The notes below the pieces were generated by a model, which worked only from the letters and a program-made list of their open reading frames with translations, ran no database searches and was not told where the DNA came from. Positions 1 through 10,387 of a stretch of 64,000 bases of DNA are shown here, one piece after another. Every line of letters starts with the position of its first letter. The first letter of the stretch is position 1. This stretch comes from Heptranchias perlo (lineage: Eukaryota): the NCBI RefSeq assembly GCF_035084215.1, contig NC_090335.1:7998001-8062000 (forward strand), written 5' to 3'. Made by a program: the position numbers and the translations under genes.

Positions 1-72
1 TTGAACTCATGACTCCAGATTATTCGTCCATATCCCTGGATTACTAATCCAGTAAAACAACCACCATGCCCG
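1..72 (-). mobile_element. tRNA-derived SINE head fragment (degenerate)
   Basis: Reverse complement reads ...ACTGGATTAGTAATCCAGGG...GAGTTCAA, resembling a tRNA-like SINE 5' end with a B-box; cut by the window edge. Confidence 0.35.
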
Positions 73-729
73 TTAGTGCAAAAACAATGTCAATGTTTGC
101 CCCACCGAACTGCCTTCCATCACCCAGTACCTATTGAACATGAGTTCACCTTCCCAACACCCAGTTAGGATGCCCACAAGTTACTGAGTGAATGAATTAA
201 CCCTTTCTTGCCATATCGTCACAGAAGTCAGACAAGTCTTGCACTAACAATTGTTTATTAACTTCAAATCATGATTAGCAATAATCAAACATTGAGATGC
301 AAATAATTAGTAGATAGGATTATTAACAAAATGAATAGCAGGCACTTCAGTGATATTACAATAATTCAGCATTAACTGGGTCGCTGCTTATCAAATAGTC
401 GTTGAGATCATTGCCTGAGATTGATATAAATTGGTGAAATGAATTGAGGAGTAAACTCCTTAGTTAGCTGGCAAGTTAACAGCATTAGATAGCTAGTCTA
501 TTGGATAGATGATAGTGTGTGTGCTGGTGGTTAGCAATGTTTCCAGAACTTGTATGAATTGTATTGATCAGCTGCTTGGTTAAACTGGTCGTCTTCACTT
601 GGGACAATGGTATTGGCTTGTGGGATGTTGAGGTGATCAGCCTCCTTGTGTTGAGGTGTTCTCCGTTCCTCATGGATCCTCTGTCCTTTGGGCAAATCGA
701 CCTTACGCAGTGATAGCAGTATCCGGACT

Positions 730-1440
730 AGGTGGAGAAGAGATAGGAGTGAGGGAGGTGAGAGAAGGTGAAAGTGGAGAACAGAAACTGAAGTTGAAGA
801 GAGAGAGAGAGATGAATGGAAGGGAGAGAGTGAAACAGACAGCAAGGAGGTGAAAGAGAGACACAGAAGCAGAGAGGAAGATACGCAAAGTGAGGGGGGA
901 GAACGATGAAACTGGAAAAAAAGAGGCAAAGATGGAGGAGAGGGAGAGAGCAAGAAACAGAAATGGAGGAAGAGAGAAAAATGAATGTGAGGGAGGTGAG
1001 GGGGCGATGGAAGTGAAGGTGAGGGTCCAGCATTGAGGAGAGAGATATGAAAGGAGTGAGAGAGAAATAGAAGAAGAGGAGAGAGCAATAATAAGTGGAG
1101 GAGGAGAAAGAGAAATAGAAGTGAAAAAGAAAGTGAGAAACAGAATTGGAGGAGGAGAGAGAAAAACAGAAGTGAAGGAGGAGAAAATAAAAAATAGAAT
1201 GGTGGAGAGAGAAACATAAGTGACGGAGGAAAAAGTGAGAAACAGAATGGGGCAGGAAAGAGAGAAAGTGAGAAATAGAATGTTGGAGGAGAAGAAAGTG
1301 GGAAATAGAAGTGGAAGAGGAGAAAGAGAAAGAGAAATGGGAGAGAAGAGAGAAACATAATGGTTGAGGAGAAGAAGGTGGGAGCAGCTGTGGAGAAGAT
1401 GGTGAGAAACAGAAGTGGAGAAGAGAGAGAAACAAAGCAG
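730..1440. repeat. Purine-rich (GA) low-complexity tract
   Basis: Almost purely G/A on the + strand with loose GAGAGAAA/GAAGTGGAG units; the long minus-strand Phe/Leu/Ser ORFs are compositional artefacts. Confidence 0.85.
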
Positions 1441-1609
1441 TGAATCAGAGTGAGACTTTACTACACCCAGTATCCTCAGCTAGAGGAGGGAGAAAGACTG
1501 AGGGGGAGTTGGTGGGATGACATCACTTGCCAGAAATATCGACAGTCCTGCCTGACATGCCCCCGTGCCTGGATCGTGCATTGTCAGGGTAACATCCTGG
1601 TGGAGAGAG

Positions 1610-1840
1610 GAACATAGGAACAGGAGGAGGCCATTCAGCCCCTTGAGCCTACTCCACCATTCAATTAGATCATGGCTGATCTGTATCTTATCTCCATCTG
1701 CCCGTCTTAGTTCCCTAACCCTCAATACCCTCACCGAACAAAAATCGATCAATCTCAGTTTTGTAATTTTCAATTGACCCTCAGCCTGAACAGCTTTTAT
1801 GGGGGAGAGAGTTCCAGATTTCCACCACCCTTTTGTGAAG
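1610..1840 (-). mobile_element. CR1 LINE 3' end fragment
   Basis: AACATAGGAACAGGAGGAGGCCATTCAGCCC...GATCATGGCTGATC is the reverse complement of the CR1 3' UTR/tail seen at 59830-59933. Confidence 0.85.
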
Positions 1841-1842
1841 GT

Positions 1843-2376
1843 GGGATCAGCGATCGGGAGTGGGAGGGGGACAGCGATCGGGAGAGGGAGGGGGGCAGCG
1901 ATCGGGAGAGGGAGGGGGACAGCGATCGGGAGAGGGAGGGGGACAGCGATCGGGAGAGGGAGGGGGACAGCGATCGGGAGAGGGAGGAGAACATCAATCG
2001 GGAGAGGGAGGGGGACTGAGATCGGGGGACATTCGAGAGGGGAGCGGGCGGCAGTGGTTGTACTTTGGTGCCGAGACGAACCCTCCTGCACCTCCTGGTT
2101 CCACATTCAGGTAAGTATATTTAAAAATTGACCTTTTTGATGGCGGCCCTTTAAGGACCCCTGGTTAGGCCGCACTTAGACCAGATTTTCCTGAATACAA
2201 CCGGCGGGAACAGTACGAATGGGGGGGATGGTTAAGATGGGGAGAGCTCGGACTGTGTTTCCGACATATTCCCACACATCTTAACTTGACTAAATTCAGG
2301 CACGGGAAGTTTGCCTGCCCCAGAGGAAAGAGAGGTGGGAGAGGGGGGCTGGTCGGCCCAGACCAAAATCTAACCC
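1843..2376. mobile_element. Partial non-autonomous DNA element (Harbinger-type MITE remnant)
   Basis: Ends in AAAATCTAACCC, like the AAAATCGAGCCC/AAAATCGGGCCC termini of the two Harbinger elements in this window; the left end is not visible. Confidence 0.4.
1848..2028. repeat. 24-bp minisatellite (CAGCGATCGGGAGAGGGAGGGGGA)n, about 7-8 copies
   Basis: Directly visible tandem units. Confidence 0.95.
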
Positions 2377-2413
2377 ACAGATTTCATGCCACAGCCTGAA
2401 AGCTGTGAGAATG

Positions 2414-2800
2414 ACATAGAAATTACAACACAGAAACTGGGCGTTGGCCCCAACCAGTCGGTGCTGGTCTTGATCCCCCACACGAGCAGTATCCTAATCC
2501 CATGTGTCCGCCCTATCCCTTCGTTCCCCTTTCCATCAATCACCTGTCTAACCTGTTCTTAAATGTTGACACCATCCCTGCTGCAATCACTGTCTCCAGT
2601 AGTGTATCCACCATAACCCACAGCCTCACAGCCCTCTGTGCAAAAACCTTTCTGCTGCTCTCTGTCCTCAATCTCTTCCATTTAATCCTGTATCTCGATT
2701 CACCATTACCTCTTGCCTTAAACCCGCTATTCCATGAACTTTTTCTATAACCTTATCTACTTGAGGTGCTGCTTTTAATGTCTTGTGAGGTTGAAGCAGA
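2414..2800 (-). mobile_element. Old degenerate CR1-like 3' fragment
   Basis: ACATAGAAATTACAACACAGAAACTGG...CCCAACCAGTC resembles the reverse complement of the CR1 tail at 4170-4240. Confidence 0.5.
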
Positions 2801-2837
2801 TATTGCTGGTACCTTTTGTATTTGGTTATTTTAAAAG

Positions 2838-3018
2838 CTGTTTTCCTGACCCAGGATGCAGTGATCAACCTGAAGTCTGTCCAAGAACTCGCCAAAGACC
2901 TGGGCTTTGAATGGACCATTGTGGCTTCCGAGCTGGGATTCACAAGGGCGGAGATCGGCCGTTTTCACACGGCCTCTGTTCAGAAAAAGGTGCAAGCAAA
3001 GAAAATGTTAGAGAGCTG
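2838..3018 (+). CDS. Exon encoding most of a death domain (gene not identified)
   Basis: Translates (A)VFLTQDAVINLKSVQELAKDLGFEWTIVASELGFTRAEIGRFHTASVQKKVQAKKMLESW, matching the death-domain pattern LA..LG..W..LA..LG.....I............Q...ML..W; acceptor AG at 2836-37 (alternative CAG at 2852-54) and strong donor TG|GTATGT at 3018/3019. Confidence 0.8.
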
Positions 3019-3225
3019 GTATGTCGAAAGCTCCATCACTAAAAATGAATAGTCTTAAGGAGTGGGATCTCACTAATGTTTCTGAGCTAGCATTTAATGC
3101 AATGACCCTCTCACCGTTCTGATATTGTACGCAGCTCTCCAAACCGGCAGACAATGGGCCGTCTCCCAATGTACATGGTGACTGGGTGAGGTGCTGAGTG
3201 CGTAGTGACAGGCATGGAGGAGAAA

Positions 3226-4475
3226 CACTTGCATTTATATAGCACCTTTCATGGCCTCGGGACATCCCACAGCACTTCAATGAAGTACGTTTCAAGTGTA
3301 GTCACTTCAAAGTGAAGTTGTAACGACACCAAATAAGGGGGTAGAGTTAATACTGAGGAGGATGGGAGAAAATACAAGAAGACATCAATAAACTTGCAGA
3401 ATGGGCGTGTAATTGGCAAATGAATTTCCATATACATTAAGTGTGAGGTGGTACATTTTGGGAGGAAGAATAAAGAGGCCACCTACTCCTTGGAAAATCA
3501 GAGTCTAAATGGGGTCGAGGAGCAGAGGGATCTGGGGGTCCAGATACACAAATCACTAAAAGTGACAACAGAGGTTAATAAGGCCATAAAAAAGGCAAAT
3601 CAAGCACAAGAATTAATTTTCAGCGGAATAGAACTGAATAGCAGAGAAGTTATGTTAAACATGTATAGAACCTTTGATGGATCACACTTGGAGTACTGAG
3701 AACAGTCCTGGTCTCCATATTATGAAAAGGATATCGAGGCATTGGAGAAGGTGCAAAAAAGATTTATTCGGCTGATACCAGAACTGAGAGGTTATACCAA
3801 TCAGGAAAGATTGAACAAGCTGGGCTCTTTGGAAAAGAGAAGACTGAGGGGTGACCTGATAGAGGTCTTTATGGTGATGGGATGGCTTGATAGTATAGAT
3901 GTAGAGAAAATGTTTCCACTTGCAGGGAGACCAGAACTAGGGGCCATAAATATAAGATAGTCACCAATAAATCCATAAAGGAATTCAGGAGAAACATCTT
4001 TCCCCAGAGAGTGGTTAGAATGTGGAACTCGCTACCACAAGGAGTAGTTGAGGCGGCTAGTCTAGATACATTTAAGTGGAAACTAGATAAACACATGAGG
4101 GAGAAAGGAATAGAAGGATATGCTGATAGGGTTAGATGAAGAAGGGTGGGAGGAGACTCATGTGGAGCATAAACACCAGCATGGACCTGTTGGGCCGAAT
4201 GGCCTGTTTCTGTGCTGTACATTCTATGTAATTCTATGTAATGTAGGAAATGTGGCAGCTAATTTACACACAGCAAGATCCCACAAACAGCAATGAGATA
4301 AATAAATAGATGATCTATTTTTTTTGTGGTTTTGGTTGAGGGATAAATATTGTCCCGGACACTGGGGAGAACTCCCCTGCTCTTCTTAGAAATAGTTCCA
4401 TGGGTTCTTTTACATCCACCTGAGAGGGCAGACAAGGCCTCGGTTTAACGATTCATCCAAAAGACGGCACCTCCG
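3226..4475 (-). mobile_element. Deu-domain SINE (SacSINE1-like) split by a CR1 insertion
   Basis: ACTTGCATTTATATAGCACCTTTCA...GTTGTAA (3226-3323) resumes as TGTAATGTAGGAAATGTGGCAGCT...AAGACGGCACCTCC (4237-4475); reverse complement of the SINEs at 6372 and 61333. Confidence 0.8.
3324..4240 (+). mobile_element. 5'-truncated CR1 LINE (RT C-terminus plus tail)
   Basis: Frameshifted ORFs VHFGRKN..QRDLGV..HLEY and LEKRRLRGDLIEVF; tail (ATTCTATGTA)2. Confidence 0.92.
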
Positions 4476-4576
4476 GGCAGATGAAAATTTAATGTTGGTT
4501 GTTTTTCTTTTCCCAGAGGACGTTGGACCAGTGGAACAGGTTGCCGGCTCGTGTGGTGAACACTGATAGAAACTTG

Positions 4577-6360
4577 GAACATAGAAAATAGGAGCAGAGT
4601 TGGCTATTCAGCCCTTCGAGCCTGCTCCTCCATTCAATATGATCATGGCTGATCCTCTATCTCAATACCATATTCCCGTTCTCTCCCCATACTCCTTGAT
4701 GCCTTTTGTGTCTAGAAATCTATCTTGCTCCTTCTTAAATATATTCAGTGACTTGGCCTCCACAGCCTTCTGTGGTAGAGAATTCCACAGGTTCACCACC
4801 CTCTGAGTGAAGAAACTTCTCCTCATCTCAGTCCAAAAGGTCCTACCCCGTATTCTGAGACTGTGACCCCTCGTTCTGGACCCTCCCAGCCAGGGGAAAC
4901 ATCCTCCCTGCATCCAGTCTGTCTAGCCCTGTCAGGATTTTATATGTTTCAATGAGATCCCCTCTCATTCTTTTAAACTGAAGTGAATGCAGGCCGAGTC
5001 GACCCAATCTCTCCTCACAGGACAGTCCTGCCAATCCAGGAATCAGTCTGGTGAACCTTCGCTGCACTCCCTCTATGGCAAGTATCTCCTTTCTTAGGTA
5101 AGGAGACCAAAACTGCACACAATACACCAGGTGTGGTCTCACCAAGGCCCTGTATAACTGCAGTGAGACATCCTTGCTCCTGTACTCAAATCCTCTTGTA
5201 ATGAAGGCCAACATACCATTTGCTTTCCTAATTGCTGCTGCACCTCCATGTTTGGTTTCAGTGACTGGTGTACAAGGACACCCAGGTCCCTTTGTACATC
5301 AACATTCCCCAATCTATCACCATTTAAAAAATACGCTGCCTTTCTGTTTTTCCTTCCGAAGTGGATAACTTCACATTTATCCACATGTTACTGCATCTGC
5401 CATGTATTTGCCCACTCACTCAACTTGTCTAAATCGCCTTGAAGCCTCTTTGCATCCTCCTCACAACTCACGATCCCACCTAGTTTTGTATCATCAGCTA
5501 ACATGGAAATATTACATTTGGTTCCCTCATCCAAATCATTGATATATATTGTGAATAGCTGGGGCCTAAGCACTGATCCCTGCGGTAACCCACCTGTCAC
5601 TGCCTGCCACCCCGAAAAAGATCCGTTTATTCCTACTCTCTGTTTCCTGTCTGTTAAACAATTTTCAATGCATGCCAGTATATTCCCCCCAATCCCATGT
5701 GCTTTAATTTTGCACACTAACCTCTTATGTGGGACTTTATCAAAGGCCTTCTGAAAATCCAAATAAACCACATCCACTGGTTCTCCCTTATCTATTCTAC
5801 CAGTTACATCCTCAAAAAACTCCAGTAGGTTTGTCAAACATGATTTCCCTTTCATAAATCCATGTTGACTGTGTCTAATCCCATTGATATTTTCTAAGTG
5901 TCCTGTTATCACATCCTTTATAATAGTCTTACATTTTCCCTACTACTGATGTTAGACTAACCGGTCTGTACTTCTTCTTACTGGTCCCTTGGTTCCCTCG
6001 CATTTCTGGGAAGTTATTTGTGTCCTCTTCCATGAAGACAGAACCAAAGTATTTGTTTAATTGCTCTGCCATTTCCTTGGTCCCCAATATAAATTCTCCC
6101 ATTTCTGACTGTAGGAGACCTACATTTGTCTTCACTAATCTTTTTCTTTTTACATACTTGGAGAAGCTTTTACAGTCCACTTTTATGTTCCTTGCAAGTT
6201 TACTCTCATACTCTATTTTTCCCCTCTTAATCAATCTCTTGGTCCTTTTTTGCTGAATTCTAAACTGCTCCCAATCCTCAGGCTTCTTACTTTTTCTGGC
6301 AACTTTATATGACTCCTCTTTGGATCTAATACTATCCTTAATTTCTTTTGTTGGATGGGC
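4577..6360 (-). mobile_element. CR1 LINE, truncated RT pseudogene
   Basis: ORF pieces SQHGFMKGKSCLTNLLEFFE..YLDFQKAFDKVPH, PQGSVL.PQLF..YINDL, LADDTKL, RPHL.YCVQFWSP. Confidence 0.95.
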
Positions 6361-6371
6361 TGTGTTTGTGG

Positions 6372-6745
6372 TGTCAGCTGTGGCTCAGTCAGTAACTATT
6401 TGTGCCTTTATGTCTGACAAAGTCATGAGTTCATTGTCCCACTTTCGTGCATTACCGAGAGAGTGTTGTGCTGTCTTTCATGTAAGGTGTTTGTAAAAGA
6501 TCACATGACATTATTTTGGAGTGCTCCCCAGTGTCCTGGTCAATATTCATCTCTCAACCAACATCACTAGAACAGATTATCTGGCCATTTCCTCATTGAT
6601 GTTTGTGGGATCTTGCTGTGTGCAAATTGGCTGCTGCGTTTCCGACATTGCGACAGTTACCAAACTTCAAAACTACTTCATTGGCTGTAAAGTGCTTTGG
6701 GACATCCTGAGGTTGTGAAAGGAGCTATATAAATGCAAGTTCTCT
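6372..6745 (+). mobile_element. Deu-domain SINE (SacSINE1-like)
   Basis: tRNA-like head TCAGCTGTGGCTCAG, core GTTTGTGGGATCTTGCTGTGTGCAAATTGGCTGC, 3' end GCTATATAAATGCAAGTTC. Confidence 0.8.
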
Positions 6746-7816
6746 TAAAAAAAACAAAATTTCCTCAAAGTCCTGTTTCTAGGACCTCGGGTGGAGAACA
6801 CCTCGTTGAAGAGTTAGTTATCCTGTAATATAAGTCAGGGTCTATGTGATCTCCTGGGCTAGTTTTGATCACCTTTGGATATCACAGAGGAATTTTCCAG
6901 ATTTTATTTCCCTAATTGTCCTACATTTTTAATCTGTTTTTTCACCTCTCCCAGGGAATTACACGGCTCTGGGTGGGTGGGGAGTATCTGTATCGAGATG
7001 CATCGGGCAGCACAACTTCATGGGATAGGCTAGATTGACCAGTTGGTCTTTTCCTGTCTGTCACTTTCCTGCACTTAACTGACTCCCAAACTCATTGCCT
7101 TCCCCATTAGGCCACTGGGGTCACAGCTACTACCACAGCCTTTGTGCAATTGGTCATTGCTCTACGCTCTCATAACATTCTGTTCTTGTCGACATTCACT
7201 TTGTTTTTATCAATAAATATATCTGCCAATTCCACACACTTCAGCAATGATTGGTAGCAGTTGTGAACACTTTTGATTCCTGAAAATGTAGACAAGAGTT
7301 CCGGTCTCTGAATGGTGGGTTGACATCCGGTGGGGTACTCGTGTCTGATGGGAGCAGAGTAACGACCCCCCCCATCATATCTATCTGGTGGTCCTGGTAA
7401 GGAGTTGCGAGTCAGGGTAACAACTGTTCATGTTAGAATGGACTCTGACACTGAAAAAACCCAGAGCATGACCGGCTGGATGGAAAGCAGTGCAAGAAAT
7501 GGGTTTCCTCTTGTACTGTTAGGCATGGAAGAGGAGGAGAAGAAGAAGACAGTGTTTGGTAAAATGAGGAAAGGAGGTAAAGGGACATGATTTGCCTGGA
7601 AAGTGCAGGTGACATTGTTCCCTGAGTATTGGGATGGCACACAGCTTGGTAGAAGCATCGCATTGGTTTGTACCACTGGAAAGCAAGTGACAGAGTGAGA
7701 AGGGTGCTGGACAGGAACTCCCTGGATTGGTTGATAACTCAAAAAGAAAGCGACCAAACTGTGGCAATGTTCACAAAAGGTGCTATGGCACTAAATTGCA
7801 GGGCCAGAACTTTTGT

Positions 7817-7889
7817 CACTCCAGATAGGATTTGAGCCCACAATTCCTGGTTGAGGAAGCCAGTGCCTTATCCATTAGGCCACTGAGGT
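7817..7889 (-). pseudogene. tRNA-Arg(CCT) pseudogene
   Basis: Reverse complement ACCTCAGTGGCCTAATGGATAAGGCACTGGCTTCCTCAACCAGG...; B-box mutated (GGCTCAAAT) and stems mismatched. Confidence 0.8.
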
Positions 7890-8261
7890 GGTATAAGATT
7901 AGTGTATGTTGCTTGGTGCTTGCAACCTGCCCCTTTGTCTCTACATAATCACTTCCAAACTTGATACCTTTTCATCGGCCATCCCTCACATTGGGCTCGA
8001 ATTTAGCAGGCCTGCGGGTTCCCAGCGGGTGGTCCTCCGGGAGCGTGGTCAACACGCTCGGCGAAATTAGTGGGTTGCCCGCGCGATCGTACCAGGCAAC
8101 ACACGAATAGGAATCAATTACCTGCTCCTCCGGGGTCCACGGCGCTGGTCTGCGCGTCGGGCGGGCTGCGCATGCGCAGTACGATCTGTCAGCTGGAGGC
8201 TCTCTAGTTAAAGGGGCAGTCCTCCACTGACAGATGCTGCAACCAATGGGACAAATTGCAG

Positions 8262-8508
8262 CATGGAGCAGCCCAGGGGGAAGGCTGCTCCCAGTTTAAT
8301 GATGCCTCACCCCAGGTATCATCAGATGGGGTGAGGAGGAGGGGGAGGACACAGATCTTCCCCCCGGCGGGCGGGAGGAAGCGGCCTGCCTCTGCCACCA
8401 AGAAGGCCTGGCTCGAGGTGGCAGAGGGGGTCACCTGCGCCACCAACATATCGCCCACCTGCATACAGTGCAGGAGGCGCTGCAATGACCGCAGTAGGTC
8501 AGCCGCAG
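8262..8508 (+). pseudogene. Harbinger Myb/SANT-like DNA-binding ORF remnant
   Basis: IFPPAGGRKRPASATKKAWLEVAEGV....SPTCIQCRRRCNDRSR fits the W..VA..V...RT..QC...NDL.R trihelix pattern; followed by a GTGAG donor. Confidence 0.8.
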
Positions 8509-9059
8509 TGAGAACACGAAGTCTTTCCCTGCACTCCGTCTGCCACAACACTGCCCCCACCCCACATCTCCTTCGGCACCGCCAACACTACTCTGTCACA
8601 TCACCCCTTATACCCACTCAAACCCCATCCTCATCTTACCTCCACCTACTCATCTCGCCAGTACTCATCCTGCCACTAACACGCGACCCAATCCTCATAC
8701 AATCTCATTGCTCCATCCCATACTCAACCTCTCGTGCATCTCCCTCACGGCCAGCCTCACTCAACCTGCCACCACCTGTGCTGCAGCCACAGGGCATGCA
8801 TCACATATGTGCAGTAGGCAGCGTAAGGCAAACGTGTCGTGAGCATGAAGGGGGTGCACAAGGGTGTCTGAGGGTTTGTCCTGGGTGTTACCTATATTGA
8901 ATTTCAGAGCAACAAACAGCACACATTATATTGACACCACCACTGCCATGTCTCCGCGAATCCTGTCCGTTGTGTCCAATAATGCCCGCTCCTGGGTATC
9001 ACTATGAGGACCCACCACTGATGCCACCCATCGTGTTACTGCAGAGTAGGTGCAGGTGT

Positions 9060-9370
9060 ATTTGCAGGGCTCTTCCGCGCAGACGACTGAGAGACATCGG
9101 CGGTGTAGCCGGCTGCACCCTGGAAGGATGCGGAGGAGAAGTTGTGGAGGGCAGTGGTGACTTTGACAGCGACAGGTAAGCAGTTGGTGCTGGGGCCAGC
9201 CAGGAGCAGCTCGGCATGAAAGAGCCTGCAGATCTCCACGACTACATGTCGAGCGAATCTGCGCCTCCGTGTGCACTGCTGTTCGGAGAGGTCCGGGGAG
9301 CTGCGCCTCGGTCTGTGGACCCTGCGGCGAGGGTAGTGCCCTCTGCGATGCGTCTCTCCCTGCGGTAGCC
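9060..9370 (-). pseudogene. Harbinger (HARBI1-like) transposase N-terminal remnant
   Basis: DLSEQQCTRR.R..RHVVVEIC.L....LPVAVKVTTALHNFSSASFQ...DVSQSS; the DDE core is absent. Confidence 0.8.
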
Positions 9371-10300
9371 CTCCCTCCTGCTGTGCAGGTGGGCGTGCAA
9401 CAACACCGTGTTGGGGGGCTCCACATCTCTGCGGCGGACGGCGTGGACTGCGAGGCTGCTGGGGCTGGTCATGCTGTTCATCCTCCGAGGGTGTCCACGC
9501 ACCACCCATCTGGCAGGTGTTGGTCTGAGGGGTTGTGCAGGGTAGGTGGGTGGTTCCTCGCACTGGGGCTGCGGTTTCGTGTCGGTCTGTCCTCTGGCTT
9601 GGCGGGGGGTGGTGGAGGGCAGGGGTTGCCCTATGTGACGCGGTGGCCTCCTGCGTGGATGAGGGCTCTCCCCCGTGGAGTGCACCTTGGCACCTGCCAC
9701 AGGCTGCTGGCTGCAACACGCCTGGTTGGAGAGAGACTGTTTCCCCCAGTGTGGGAAACTCACTGCCTTGAACCCAAAATCCCACACTTCCTCTTTTGAC
9801 AGCTGCTTCAGCTCATTAACTGACCTCAACAAGCAAGGTAAGTACTCTCAAGTGGAACCCCGCTGGCTTTAATTGCCTGCGGGATTCCCACCAGCGGGGC
9901 TTGCGCGCGCAGCCCCGCATGTCAGCGCGGTACCCGGAAGTGGGCGGGATTTCGGCGCGATCCGGTCACGTGACAGGATATCGGGATTTTTGGGGCCACC
10001 CCGCTGGAAACCCGCAGGTAACCCGACGCAAAAATCGAGCCCATTGTATCAGTTCCAAAGATCCCAGCAATGACGTGAAGGATCTGACTTGCTTTTACGT
10101 GTCAGCAATTGGTACAGTTGAGTGCTGGGCAAAATGCTGATTTTATATGAAAAACAAATGCTTTTGCAAAGATCTCCTTGTTTGCCCTGGCTGTAAGTGT
10201 CATTGATTTACAACATAGCTTCCTTCATCTAAATATTTAATATCTCTGTACTTCAGCAGTGAGGATAAACAGCTGGTTTTCACAGAGTGAAGTTGATTTT

Positions 10301-10307
10301 AAAAAAA
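10301..10307 (-). terminator. Pol III oligo-T terminator of tRNA-Arg(CCG)
   Basis: T7 run on the minus strand 7 nt downstream of the tRNA 3' end. Confidence 0.65.
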
Positions 10308-10314
10308 TCAAGGT

Positions 10315-10387
10315 CACCCCAGATGGGACTTGAACCCACAATCCCTGGCTCCGGAAACCAGTGCCTTATCCATTAGGCCACTGGGGC
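10315..10387 (-). tRNA. tRNA-Arg(CCG), apparently intact
   Basis: GCCCCAGTGGCCTAATGGATAAGGCACTGGTTTCCGGAGCCAGGGATTGTGGGTTCAAGTCCCATCTGGGGTG: 73 nt, full cloverleaf with G-U pairs only, intact A and B boxes, loop TT-CCG-GA. Confidence 0.88.

Larger units (their letters stand above)
7993..10042 (+). mobile_element. Non-autonomous PIF/Harbinger transposon, 2050 bp
   Basis: TIRs GGGCTCGAATTT / AAAATCGAGCCC; 3-bp TSD ATT (empty site CACATTGTATC in paralogous units); convergent Myb/SANT-like and transposase relics. Confidence 0.92.

Noticed and set aside
2040-2116. Strong donor CAG|GTAAGT as a possible host exon
   Set aside because: It lies within a MITE-like remnant with no acceptor or convincing peptide
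531-2131. Long ORFs of 208-275 aa (FLSL-rich, PLPIAV repeats, GRGRG repeats)
   Set aside because: By-products of the GA-rich tract and the 24-bp minisatellite
4480-4570. TTTTCTTTTCCCAG acceptor as the next death-domain exon
   Set aside because: The sequence reads like FSQR..D.WN.LP..VV, an old LINE 3' remnant that appears to continue at about 6770-7070
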